Positions 9,101-16,755 of a stretch of DNA of 48,345 nucleotides are shown here, piece by piece. Origin of the DNA: a virus (lineage: Duplodnaviria > Caudoviricetes); IMG/VR virus record IMGVR_UViG_3300012953_000049, positions 1 through 48,345 of that record; one strand, 5' to 3'. Both the position numbers and the translations under genes were made by a program. Below the pieces are notes generated by a model. The model ran no database searches, was not told where the DNA came from, and was given only the letters and a program-made list of their open reading frames with translations. Position 1 is the first letter of the stretch, and each line of letters starts with the position of its first letter.

Positions 9101-12100
9101 GGGTCGTCCCCGCTAACCAATTTTTCATACTCTTTCTTGGTTACTCCAATTAAACTTTGGATAGGTCCCTCAAAAACAGGATTAGGCAAACGAGTTCCTA
9201 GATCTACATGGGTCCAGTATTGCCCGTCTATACCTCCAGTCTTTTTAAAATCAAAAAGACCGCCTTTCTCTTCCTTAGTCAAAGCGCCCTTAGCCAGAAG
9301 TGTTTTTTCTGGCATAGATAGCTTTCCATTACTTTGGGAGACTATCTGTTTGTCGGTCATCGGACTTAGTCCGTATACTCCAGCCTTTTCCTCAGTATAG
9401 ACTCCTAGCCCGCGCAGATAACGCTTGAAGTGATCCATAGATCTAGGAACTTTAGGAGTGGGAGGACGTCCGCCCTCCATAATCCTAAGCCAAACAGTTT
9501 CGGCCTGATCTTGGTCCGACTTGTATGTCTGCATCTCTCTGAGGTTATGCGACGCTCCGTGAGCCAGCAAAGCATAAGAATCCAAAGATCCAATTTTTTG
9601 CCCGCCCTTGCCTATACCAGATCCTGATATAGCTTCTCCAGAAGGCTTATAGGCATAACCAAACCCACCCGATCTTGCGGAAACTTTTTTCTCCGCCTGA
9701 TGATCGAGCTTTAGCATGTACTGAGGGCCGACCAATATTTGTCCCAGACTCTTGCCTGTCTCAGCATCGAACAGCTCTTCGGTATCACTAATCCCGTGCT
9801 TCTTTAGGTCGTCTTGGACTTTCTTTGTATAGTCTACTGTAGAGTCAAAATTCTCTACTACATATGGCTTCCCAGTTTTCTTGGCTATCTTAGCTGCAGT
9901 GGTCTCTAGCAGCTGTCCTACGTTCATTCTGGAGGGAACTCCCGCTGGGCTTAACAATACTTGGACAGCGTTTCCGCTTTTGTCTTTAGGCATTTCATCA
10001 TCAGGAAGAATCTTAGTTATAATCCCCTTGTTTCCGTGCCTTCCCGAAAGCTTGTCTCCTACTTCCATAGTCTGGTTGGTTTTTATGTAAATAGATATCT
10101 TACGTCTATTCTTTACAATCCGTACAACTTCTCCACCGTACTCATGGTTCCAGATAAGCGATTTATCCGTGTAATCTCGTATCGCTTTTTTTAGTGATTT
10201 TTGTATGTTTCTAGATTCTCTAGAAGGATCCGACTTCTGCAGTAAGGCTAGCAGCACATCTCCAGGCTGAACCTTTGTGCCTTTTTTGATAATTCCGTCT
10301 TCATCTAATGAGTTTAGCGTCTCTGCAGTTGCCTTATTTAGCCCCGCGTAAGCCCGCCACAACTTCTTGTTAACTACCACATTTGGGGTCATTAGTGCAG
10401 ACTCGACATGTAAATGCGAAGACACTAATTTTTCAGAAGCAGACTGAGATATTACAATACCGTCCTCAAAGTTGTATCCCTTATAAGGAACATAAGCCAC
10501 TCTAAGGTTAGTTCCCAGGGCCAGAGACCCCTTATTAGTAAAGTTAGAGTCCGCTAAAAGCTGACCTTTCTTTACCTGATCTCCTACTTTAACTTTTGGA
10601 GTAGAATGCATCATATGTTTCGATCCATTTAATGGATGATAATTATAGATGCTGTGTTTTATTGTCTTGCCTTGCTTAGGCTTTACCCATATTCCCTCTT
10701 CAGTAACTTTGCTAACCTTCCCCTCTATATCACTGATGGTGCTCGAAAATGTGCCCATCATCTTTTCAAAAGAGGTAGACCCCGAAGCCAAAGACTGCAC
10801 CAAAGGCTCTTCTCGATTAGTAAGTCCTACCGCTTGCTCTTGATGTTTTGCCGCCATCATAGCTCGGTTCCCGTTGTTATTCTGGACAAACGGAATCATA
10901 TTCGCACTGACGGAGAATAGGTGTTTAGCTGATGGCAGCACGTACTGAACTTCATTCCAAGAGCGCTTAGCAGTGCTTCGATCCGAATCGTAAACAACTA
11001 CCTCTTTTGCAAGAGGAGTTACCTTAAAGGTACCGTTGGAGGTTTTAGTTAGCTTAACCTGATCTGGGTAAGCCACTACCGCTCTTTCAAGCTCTGCGGA
11101 AGATTTATATACAGTCTTTCCTGTCTTTATATCAATGACTCTGGCTTTAAGAGAATGTCCCATTTTCTTACTTCCCAGAGGGACGTGAAGAGCGACACCG
11201 GTAGCTTGATTTTCAGGGGTTTGTAGAGGATCTAACAGCCCCAAATGACTGGGGTTTATAAGCTTATCCCTATCCAGGTTTATGTTGTCTCCTTTAATTC
11301 CTCCAAATGCCTGCCCTAATATGGTGGTCCTGGTGTGATTCGATATAAATTGCAGGGGGTTGGTCTGAGTAGGCAACTGAGCCTGCTTAAATACGGAAGA
11401 TATGGCCTTTCCATACCCGCTACCCGGCGCGGGTATGATGTCATCAATTCTATCTTTTCTATCTAAGTTGTTTCTGATCTTTCTTTGGAGTTCGTAAACT
11501 TTGTTTCTCTTGGTAAGAGATTCGTGAACAAAATCTTCTATTCCAAATAGTCTTTTGTTAGAGAGGGACTGCCTATCGTCTTCCTCTGCCTCGCCCTTAG
11601 AGATCCTAACTAATTTACGTGCAGAAAGAGTAAGGGCTTCACCATTTATACTTGAGAATTTCTTCCCCACGGAGGATAGCATAGTCTCGGGGTTAACTTC
11701 TGCATTGGAAAATATATCCCGTACGTACTGCCGAGCCTCTTGCAGGGACGGGGCTCGGTAGTTCTTCTTGTCTCTTCTGCCTGCTACCGCTTGGTGAAAA
11801 TCTAAAAGATCCTTGGGCTTGTATGCTGCTCTATTTATTTCAAATACTTTCTCGCCCAGCGAAGACCTAATGGTGGATTCCGAGACATTGAGGGCCAAGA
11901 GTATGCCGTAAATAGGTATTAGCCGAGTAGAGCTATCACCACTCTTGACCTTCATTCGTATAAGTCCGAGTCGTTTACCATCTCTTCGCTCGATAGCTAA
12001 ATCAAACGCACCAATCTTACTGCCGGCAGCCACATTCCACTTGGCTAACAAATCTCCATTATCCGCCTCTGCGTGATACGCTCCTGGATTGAGGCGGAAT

Positions 12101-12459
12101 ACGCCGTCTACTTGTCGCTCATTTCCGTCAACAATGTAGCTGTATCTTCTGGTTATTTTCGGCAACTGGGCCAGTGTCTTGACTTTAGTGTCGATAACCT
12201 TCCCCGAAGATACCTCTATTAGCTTGAAGTCTCCTCGTATAAGAGGGCCCCAAGTCCTGTCTTGCAACTTAGCTTCTCGCTGCTGAGTAAGATTATCAAT
12301 GTGGTGCCTGCCTTCTCGGCTCGAATCGTCCGATTCTGTCCAAAGTCTTACTAGCTCAAGCCTGTGAACTTTTCCTTTAACCGGAAAATGACTCTGGATG
12401 GCTTCTTTGGTTCGATTTTCAAGGGAGCGAAATGCGCCCTCTGGATCCAGATTAGCCAT
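6163..12459 (-). CDS. rpoBC: Single-chain DNA-directed RNA polymerase, fused beta and beta' subunits
   Basis: Beta motifs: QTNPL, HLGLLDPLQTPE, NRAMMAAKHQEQAV, GYNFEDGI, GDKLSGRHGNKG, GVPSRMNVGQ, YMLKLDH, GGQKIG. Beta' motifs: LPVLPPKLR, LGKRQDLSGRSVI, KRDPTLHK, catalytic NADFDGD (8251-8271), PSQD, bridge helix HGARKG, RSPLHC..GICATCYG, trigger loop GEPVTQMQMRTFHTGG. AGGAG RBS. Confidence 0.97.
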   Translation of the reverse strand: MANLDPEGAFRSLENRTKEAIQSHFPVKGKVHRLELVRLWTESDDSSREGRHHIDNLTQQREAKLQDRTWGPLIRGDFKLIEVSSGKVIDTKVKTLAQLPKITRRYSYIVDGNERQVDGVFRLNPGAYHAEADNGDLLAKWNVAAGSKIGAFDLAIERRDGKRLGLIRMKVKSGDSSTRLIPIYGILLALNVSESTIRSSLGEKVFEINRAAYKPKDLLDFHQAVAGRRDKKNYRAPSLQEARQYVRDIFSNAEVNPETMLSSVGKKFSSINGEALTLSARKLVRISKGEAEEDDRQSLSNKRLFGIEDFVHESLTKRNKVYELQRKIRNNLDRKDRIDDIIPAPGSGYGKAISSVFKQAQLPTQTNPLQFISNHTRTTILGQAFGGIKGDNINLDRDKLINPSHLGLLDPLQTPENQATGVALHVPLGSKKMGHSLKARVIDIKTGKTVYKSSAELERAVVAYPDQVKLTKTSNGTFKVTPLAKEVVVYDSDRSTAKRSWNEVQYVLPSAKHLFSVSANMIPFVQNNNGNRAMMAAKHQEQAVGLTNREEPLVQSLASGSTSFEKMMGTFSSTISDIEGKVSKVTEEGIWVKPKQGKTIKHSIYNYHPLNGSKHMMHSTPKVKVGDQVKKGQLLADSNFTNKGSLALGTNLRVAYVPYKGYNFEDGIVISQSASEKLVSSHLHVESALMTPNVVVNKKLWRAYAGLNKATAETLNSLDEDGIIKKGTKVQPGDVLLALLQKSDPSRESRNIQKSLKKAIRDYTDKSLIWNHEYGGEVVRIVKNRRKISIYIKTNQTMEVGDKLSGRHGNKGIITKILPDDEMPKDKSGNAVQVLLSPAGVPSRMNVGQLLETTAAKIAKKTGKPYVVENFDSTVDYTKKVQDDLKKHGISDTEELFDAETGKSLGQILVGPQYMLKLDHQAEKKVSARSGGFGYAYKPSGEAISGSGIGKGGQKIGSLDSYALLAHGASHNLREMQTYKSDQDQAETVWLRIMEGGRPPTPKVPRSMDHFKRYLRGLGVYTEEKAGVYGLSPMTDKQIVSQSNGKLSMPEKTLLAKGALTKEEKGGLFDFKKTGGIDGQYWTHVDLGTRLPNPVFEGPIQSLIGVTKKEYEKLVSGDDPKGFQKIEEKLSSINVNKELKEATSKLKTAKKNELNKLYKRVRYLKALKDLNISPVDAYTNKMLPVLPPKLRKISIGYDGTQIIDPLNQLYAAVGQMTTELAAAKKVGRGGKDLANVEAKLYDAVRALRMTGAQIEGKQYPSLMDKLTGTKPKNSFFQEGVLGKRQDLSGRSVITPEPKLSMDEVGVPTPIAMEVYKPFVIRELWRRMGRASSAGQARKMIKQNHPSATEALERVIKDRPVLLKRDPTLHKFGIMAFKPKLVTGKSIKVHPLVVGGFNADFDGDAMGLFVPISEKAKDEALHKMLPSKSLFSPTHGGIMVTPSQDGILGLYHATKWGKRASGVFTKEQALAQMKSGKLKSSSVVKIKGMDKLTTPGRLALNDSLPSEFKGDAKILHDSSYRMSKKPMKALATDIARSNPEAFSRMIDKWKELGFYQAYSNGSSFSLKDFHDGKEIRDQILKPYKKKEAEIRRSKRNRAAKDKEIVTLYQKAREELKSVGEARYNRLGNNKMWEWAQSGAKSDWNQFSQLVMGPILVQDPKKRTVPVPLTKSFGEGLPVSQYWASLHGARKGTLDRAAGTKDPGALTKELINTVIGQAIDKKDCGTTRGSLLNTNVSDIEGRYLAKDVELKGGDKIPRGTLITTNLHTRLKNSGPQKVLVRSPLHCQVSNGICATCYGLSERGKPYEVGTNIGIIAGHALGEPVTQMQMRTFHTGGAGTSAVDDYYARAKDLFKVPKKLRGQATLSTVSGTVQKITSDALGGKVVRIDNKDHIVPHTNELLPSVRVGTQVRKAEALSTGRKNPHEILKITNSISAVRNHITSELGKLYMDSTGIGRRRNVEVVVRAMTDVTSVGNNSEDEGLLRGQLTSLSALENRNKELKMLGLPEVRHTPVLKSLDKVPLSGQEDWMARLNFQRLKDTFVEGTAQNWKSDINGHPIPGLAHGAEFGVEKTPTLTTSALKVNLPEIKKNPSFSFFGKGQ

Positions 12460-12480
12460 TACAATAAACTCCTAATTTAC

Positions 12481-12487
12481 GTCATAA
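12481..12487 (+). promoter_or_regulatory. GTCATAA motif, candidate promoter element (copy 1)
   Basis: The same 7-mer occurs in all three intergenic gaps preceding plus-strand gene runs (12481, 17827, 24984). Confidence 0.4.
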
Positions 12488-12538
12488 TATTAATAGCAGA
12501 GTATATCCCGTACTTTGTGAAAAAATAAGGAGATAAAA

Positions 12539-12691
12539 ATGGAAAGCGAAAAAAACAAAGAACTCGAATTCCAAGATGAAGAAGACATCTTAGAAGAAAC
12601 CGCGATGGACGCTGACGAGGATGAAGCCGAGGGTGAAGGTGCCCTGCCCTCATCGATCTCTGCATTTGCAGCGCAGATGGAGGAGCTATAA
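12539..12691 (+). CDS. 50-aa highly acidic protein (not in the ORF track)
   Basis: Strong TAAGGAG RBS. Sequence MESEKNKELEFQDEEDILEETAMDADEDEAEGEGALPSSISAFAAQMEEL has 19 of 50 residues D/E. Confidence 0.75.
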   Translation: MESEKNKELEFQDEEDILEETAMDADEDEAEGEGALPSSISAFAAQMEEL

Positions 12692-12693
12692 TA

Positions 12694-12789
12694 GTGCTTC
12701 AGATAATTTTTGGGGTAGGATTCCTGATCGGGTTTCTCACGGAATTCGAGGAATATACTGATGATGTGATATACTACCTCGATGAATAA
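12694..12789 (+). CDS. 31-aa membrane-anchored acidic peptide (not in the ORF track)
   Basis: GGAGGAG RBS at 12679-12685 and GTG start. Sequence MLQIIFGVGFLIGFLTEFEEYTDDVIYYLDE. Its end overlaps the next ATG (ATGAATAA). Confidence 0.6.
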   Translation: MLQIIFGVGFLIGFLTEFEEYTDDVIYYLDE

Positions 12790-13126
12790 GAAGAAGAAGA
12801 ACGCTTTTCGAGATCGGATAATTTCCGGTCTCGAAGGGCTTTCCCCAAATACATTAGTACCCGAAACTCCGGAAACTTTTGACGAGCCGGTAAACATTGC
12901 GTACTGCCCGCTGTTGAAGGGCAAGTGTAGTAATGTCAACTGCGGAGACTGCTCCCTCATTGAGTCTTCTTTCTCGGACTATATTTGGGTGTGCAGTAAC
13001 TGCGTTCACCCAGATCTTGTTCCTTATCCTTTTTGGTCCGACGGCTGCTGCGAAGTATGCGGCTTCCGAAGTCCCGTATTAATTTTATTATCTAAACCTG
13101 CCTTGATGCATCTGCCTGAGGATTAG
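12782..13126 (+). CDS. Cys-rich putative zinc-binding protein
   Basis: 114 aa with CPLLKGKC..NCGDC, CSNC and CCEVC. Coupled to the upstream peptide and overlaps the portal gene end convergently. Confidence 0.65.
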   Translation: MNKKKKNAFRDRIISGLEGLSPNTLVPETPETFDEPVNIAYCPLLKGKCSNVNCGDCSLIESSFSDYIWVCSNCVHPDLVPYPFWSDGCCEVCGFRSPVLILLSKPALMHLPED

Positions 13127-15095
13127 GGTTTGGATTTTGTGCGGCATCCATAGGATTTTCTTTGGATCCCGTATTATCAATCAGCTGAACTACTAGTTGG
13201 TAAAGTGTGGGGTTATTTACCTGTAGCGTCTGGAGTTCTGAGTACATCGCCTCTGCTCCAGACTCTTTTTTAACTGTTCTTAAGTAGGCAGCAGCTCTCT
13301 GTGCTATGTATCTCAGATCTACGCCCCCAGATCCGGCTTGAAGCTGAGATTCCATTCCACTCATTGCAACTGGCATATTCTGTTCATTAGGGGAGCCTGC
13401 ATTTTCTGAATATGCAGTTGCGCCCTCTGGCATGCCTGGAACTTCTTGTGGCTGCTGTGCGGGTGCCTGTTCCGGTCCAGGCTGAGGCAGCGCTTGCTGC
13501 TGCTGCTGCTGCATCGCCTGTTGCTGCTCCATTTGAGCATCCATTTGAGCCTTCATAGCTATGGCTTGTGCCTTAGCCTGATACCTAGACGTTTTTAGCT
13601 GAGCTTCTCCTTGAATATCAGCACCTGCAACCTGCATCTTTCTCTGGACTTGAAGAGTTTTCTTCATCTCTTCCGACATCCTAGTGTTCTCGAGATCAAA
13701 GTCTTCCCCTATCTCTTCAATAAGTCTTCTGTCACTGATCTTCTGTGCTTGATTTAGCTGCAAGTAGAACATACTTCTCTGAAGGTCATCAGCCATCTTA
13801 AACTTATCGAAACGAGAACTTACTTCAGGCCACTGCATGAACGCCGAAATCTTTTTTAGTATAAAACCATTAACTAGCTCATGCCGCTGCTTATTGTAGC
13901 CAAGAAACATGTTTTCTAGTGCTCGAAGGGACGTACTGGATCCGCTCCACTGTAACCCACCAAATATAAACTCAACAGGTATGCCCGCACCTGCTAACAT
14001 TTGCTCGGCCACTAACCGCATTTCCTGATACATCAAAAGCGCGCGCGCATTGCCTCCTAGCTGCTGGTACCCAATGTTCACGGGCAAAACCGGAATATAG
14101 TTGTGGTCACGACGCCACATATTTATCTCGGAATCAACTTTGTTCTTCCAGTTAGTAAGGTTATACGCTCCATACGGACCCTCATTACCTCCAGTACTCT
14201 GTCCAGGAAATATTACCCGAAGAGGAACTATGTGCTCCATGAGTATGGATTCTTGTGCTTTCTTCATAACCTGAAGGTAAAAAGCGTCCTTTAACAAGGG
14301 CATTATAAGGGGAGTGCCCCACCCTTGATCTTTCTGAGCTATGGTAGGCCTTTTTAAGTGATATATATTGTCGTCACTAAACAGCAAGGACTTATTCTTT
14401 TGAGCTGCTTCGATAAACTCTAGCGGGAGAGTTTCAATAGTATCCCGGTCCCCCATTTTTATGTCGTTAACTATCGCTCGAGGCAATTTAAAGTAGTACT
14501 TAGTCTTGCCAGTTACTTCGTTGTGCTTTAGCTCTATGTTCTCGGGGTTCCACCTAACAATTCTAACGTCCCGAACACTCCGAACATAGACATCTCTTTG
14601 ATCCGCGTATCCTTCATGACCACAACTACACTTTAAGAAGAACTTGTTGTTTTTCCATTTGTATTTGCTTCTGTTTTTATCTGCGCGGTACCGAGTCTTG
14701 CACTTCGTACATACTAAAAACTTCTTTAAGGGGAAAAATACGGATACGAACGCGTTTCCATAAACGAAATAATCTAGTCCAACTTCGACCTGAAATGCTC
14801 GTAACTTAAGATGCTCCTCCAGCCCCTTATAAAGGGAGTGCAGTTGCTTGTCCTCTGTCTCAAATATCAGCGGAGTTACGGGATACTCTGCCATCTTTGA
14901 ACAGGCTACGTTTATTACTGGGTTGGTGAGGAAATAGTAGCGACACCACTTGTGAAGCTGATGAACATTCGATGGCAAAAACTGCTGAGATACATCAAAA
15001 AATGGGGAAGGATACCTAAGCCCATATCCTTTAGCCCCTTCGTAAGAATGGGGACGAGGATTGAATCGATTAACTTCGCTACTTATTACATTCAT
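13092..15095 (-). CDS. Portal protein (putative) with Zn-ribbon insertion and Q/P-rich tail
   Basis: 667 aa with a portal-like pattern: RYYFLTNPVINVACSKMAEYP, DYFVYGNAFV, WNPENI, IYHLKRP...WGTPLIMPLLK, AGAGIPVEFIFG. Lies in the virion gene block. Confidence 0.7.
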   Translation of the reverse strand: MNVISSEVNRFNPRPHSYEGAKGYGLRYPSPFFDVSQQFLPSNVHQLHKWCRYYFLTNPVINVACSKMAEYPVTPLIFETEDKQLHSLYKGLEEHLKLRAFQVEVGLDYFVYGNAFVSVFFPLKKFLVCTKCKTRYRADKNRSKYKWKNNKFFLKCSCGHEGYADQRDVYVRSVRDVRIVRWNPENIELKHNEVTGKTKYYFKLPRAIVNDIKMGDRDTIETLPLEFIEAAQKNKSLLFSDDNIYHLKRPTIAQKDQGWGTPLIMPLLKDAFYLQVMKKAQESILMEHIVPLRVIFPGQSTGGNEGPYGAYNLTNWKNKVDSEINMWRRDHNYIPVLPVNIGYQQLGGNARALLMYQEMRLVAEQMLAGAGIPVEFIFGGLQWSGSSTSLRALENMFLGYNKQRHELVNGFILKKISAFMQWPEVSSRFDKFKMADDLQRSMFYLQLNQAQKISDRRLIEEIGEDFDLENTRMSEEMKKTLQVQRKMQVAGADIQGEAQLKTSRYQAKAQAIAMKAQMDAQMEQQQAMQQQQQQALPQPGPEQAPAQQPQEVPGMPEGATAYSENAGSPNEQNMPVAMSGMESQLQAGSGGVDLRYIAQRAAAYLRTVKKESGAEAMYSELQTLQVNNPTLYQLVVQLIDNTGSKENPMDAAQNPNPNPQADASRQV
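13494..13528 (-). repeat. Imperfect CAG/CAA (poly-Gln) tract in the portal C-terminus
   Basis: tgctgctgc run encoding QQQAMQQQQQQ. Confidence 0.8.
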
Positions 15096-15983
15096 CTATT
15101 TGAACGCCTTATCTATTCCTTTTTGTGCGAGTCCCTCGCCCTCCATCAGAAGGGTGCCTCCTGCTATAGGAACTGCTCCCGCTTGAAAACCTTTTTGCAG
15201 TCCCATACCTCTTGAATACCACAAAGGAGCCGTGGCTGCACCAAGATAGGCTCCAGCAGCTCCTCTAACAAGCCGTTCTCCTACGCTTCTCTTTCTTCCA
15301 TCGGCATCTTCGCTAGGAAGAGCGCCAGCAGCGCCGCCAGCAACACCAAGTCCTGGAAATAGGGCTCGCTCTCCGGGAAGGTAATAGGCCAACCCTTTCC
15401 TGGTTTTTAATCCTTGTCCTGCCGCTTGGATATCATCATATAATTTAGAGAGAGAAGACATGTCAACGTCATCTCCGTCTTTAATTCTCTTTAGAGCACT
15501 ATCGACTCTGCCTTGCAGTTTATCGTTTAATTTTAAAGAATCCTTTGCCGAACGAGAAGTTCCTACACTTCCCCATCCGGAGGCTCTAAGCCCTTGCGGA
15601 TTATCTAGAGCTTTAATAGATACCTTTCTGCCTTGCGATGCTCCCTCTAAGACTTCTTTAAAAAGTTCCTGTTTCTTGGCTGCCGATGCAGACGCTCCAG
15701 GTCCTTGCTTTATGTTGCTGGCCCCTGTTCGCATCCCTCGAACGAACGAATCTTTGGGGGAAGTTACCAATCCCTTAAGCCTGCCCAAGTACTTTTGTGC
15801 GGTTGCTGGATTCTTCAAGACAGCGCCCAACCCCACTACGCCCGCGCCAACTGTTAAAGGCGAAATGCCCATTCCCTTTTTCTTTTCGGGAGAACCGGCC
15901 TGCTGCGGCGCAGGCGCAGGTATTGCTGCAACTTTTTCCGCAAGCTCTTCTGAGAAATAAGAAAATATGGCTTCAGATATCAC
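15096..15983 (-). CDS. Basic glycine-zipper virion protein with N-terminal acidic leader ending EKVA
   Basis: MISEAIFSYFSEELAEKVA-A leader, followed by hydrophobic Gly-rich segments VGAGVVGLGAVL, GLGVAGGAAGAL and GAAGAYLGAA. Confidence 0.7.
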   Translation of the reverse strand: MISEAIFSYFSEELAEKVAAIPAPAPQQAGSPEKKKGMGISPLTVGAGVVGLGAVLKNPATAQKYLGRLKGLVTSPKDSFVRGMRTGASNIKQGPGASASAAKKQELFKEVLEGASQGRKVSIKALDNPQGLRASGWGSVGTSRSAKDSLKLNDKLQGRVDSALKRIKDGDDVDMSSLSKLYDDIQAAGQGLKTRKGLAYYLPGERALFPGLGVAGGAAGALPSEDADGRKRSVGERLVRGAAGAYLGAATAPLWYSRGMGLQKGFQAGAVPIAGGTLLMEGEGLAQKGIDKAFK

Positions 15984-15984
15984 T

Positions 15985-16755
15985 TTATAAAGTCTTTCGT
16001 TTGTCCCTCAAGTATTCAATTCCGACCATCAACTTAGCCACACATATATCTACTTGAGTCTCTTTTAAGGTAATGTCTTTGGTAAGCGCCTCAGATAGTC
16101 GCTTCTCCACCTTTGCAGTTGGGTGCTTTTTGAAGGAAACTACATTAGTTCCCTGCCCCTTACTTACTCTGTCAGGGTCTGGAGAAAAAGACAGTAAAGA
16201 CGAAGTATCGTACCTATCTACACAGTAACTACAGAGTCCGTCTACCTGCAATTCCTCTATATTACCGCAGTCTCTGCATTCTTGGCTATCGCCACAAGCG
16301 TACTTATTTGCGAAATCTAGCGGAGGAGGCAAAAACCAAATTCCAGACTCTAATGCCTGGGCGGCTACGTATCTAGCTACTTCTTCTGAAAAAGAAGGAG
16401 TCTCAGTCAACGTCTGTAAATCTTCTCTAATTGAGTTAGCAATATCTACCGCTACCATCAGTTGTCCGATGGTTTGGTTCTGTACTTGCCCTAAAGAAGG
16501 CAAATTATTGTTCAAACACTGAGAAAGAAAATGAAAGGATTCCCAATCTCTCCAGAACGAATCTCTATTGGCTACGGATATGGCGGCGAACAGTTTATTA
16601 AGATTTATCTTAGCTACTGATGTTCCAGTAGAATCTTCTATTGCCTTTCTTATTACCGTAGGCTCCCACTCCAAAGCCTCTACACCAAAAAGCTCAAGAT
16701 ACTTTCTTAGTAAGGACAGTGGATGGGTATCTTCGTTCTTGAAGATGGACATCAA
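15985..16755 (-). CDS. Hypothetical protein with CxxC...CxxC motif (head module)
   Basis: 256 aa with CRDC...CSYC. ATGA overlap with the upstream gene. Confidence 0.75.
   Translation of the reverse strand: MMSIFKNEDTHPLSLLRKYLELFGVEALEWEPTVIRKAIEDSTGTSVAKINLNKLFAAISVANRDSFWRDWESFHFLSQCLNNNLPSLGQVQNQTIGQLMVAVDIANSIREDLQTLTETPSFSEEVARYVAAQALESGIWFLPPPLDFANKYACGDSQECRDCGNIEELQVDGLCSYCVDRYDTSSLLSFSPDPDRVSKGQGTNVVSFKKHPTAKVEKRLSEALTKDITLKETQVDICVAKLMVGIEYLRDKRKTL

Noticed and set aside
6163-12459. Cellular rpoB-rpoC locus of a bacterium
   Set aside because: No ribosomal protein or nusG neighbours. It is flanked by portal- and spike-like genes, and the sequence is strongly reduced and divergent.
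12477-12960. Minus-strand ORFs 12490-12960 and 12477-12665
   Set aside because: The plus strand has three coupled ORFs, two with strong RBSs. The minus translations look like shadows (poly-S, poly-F).
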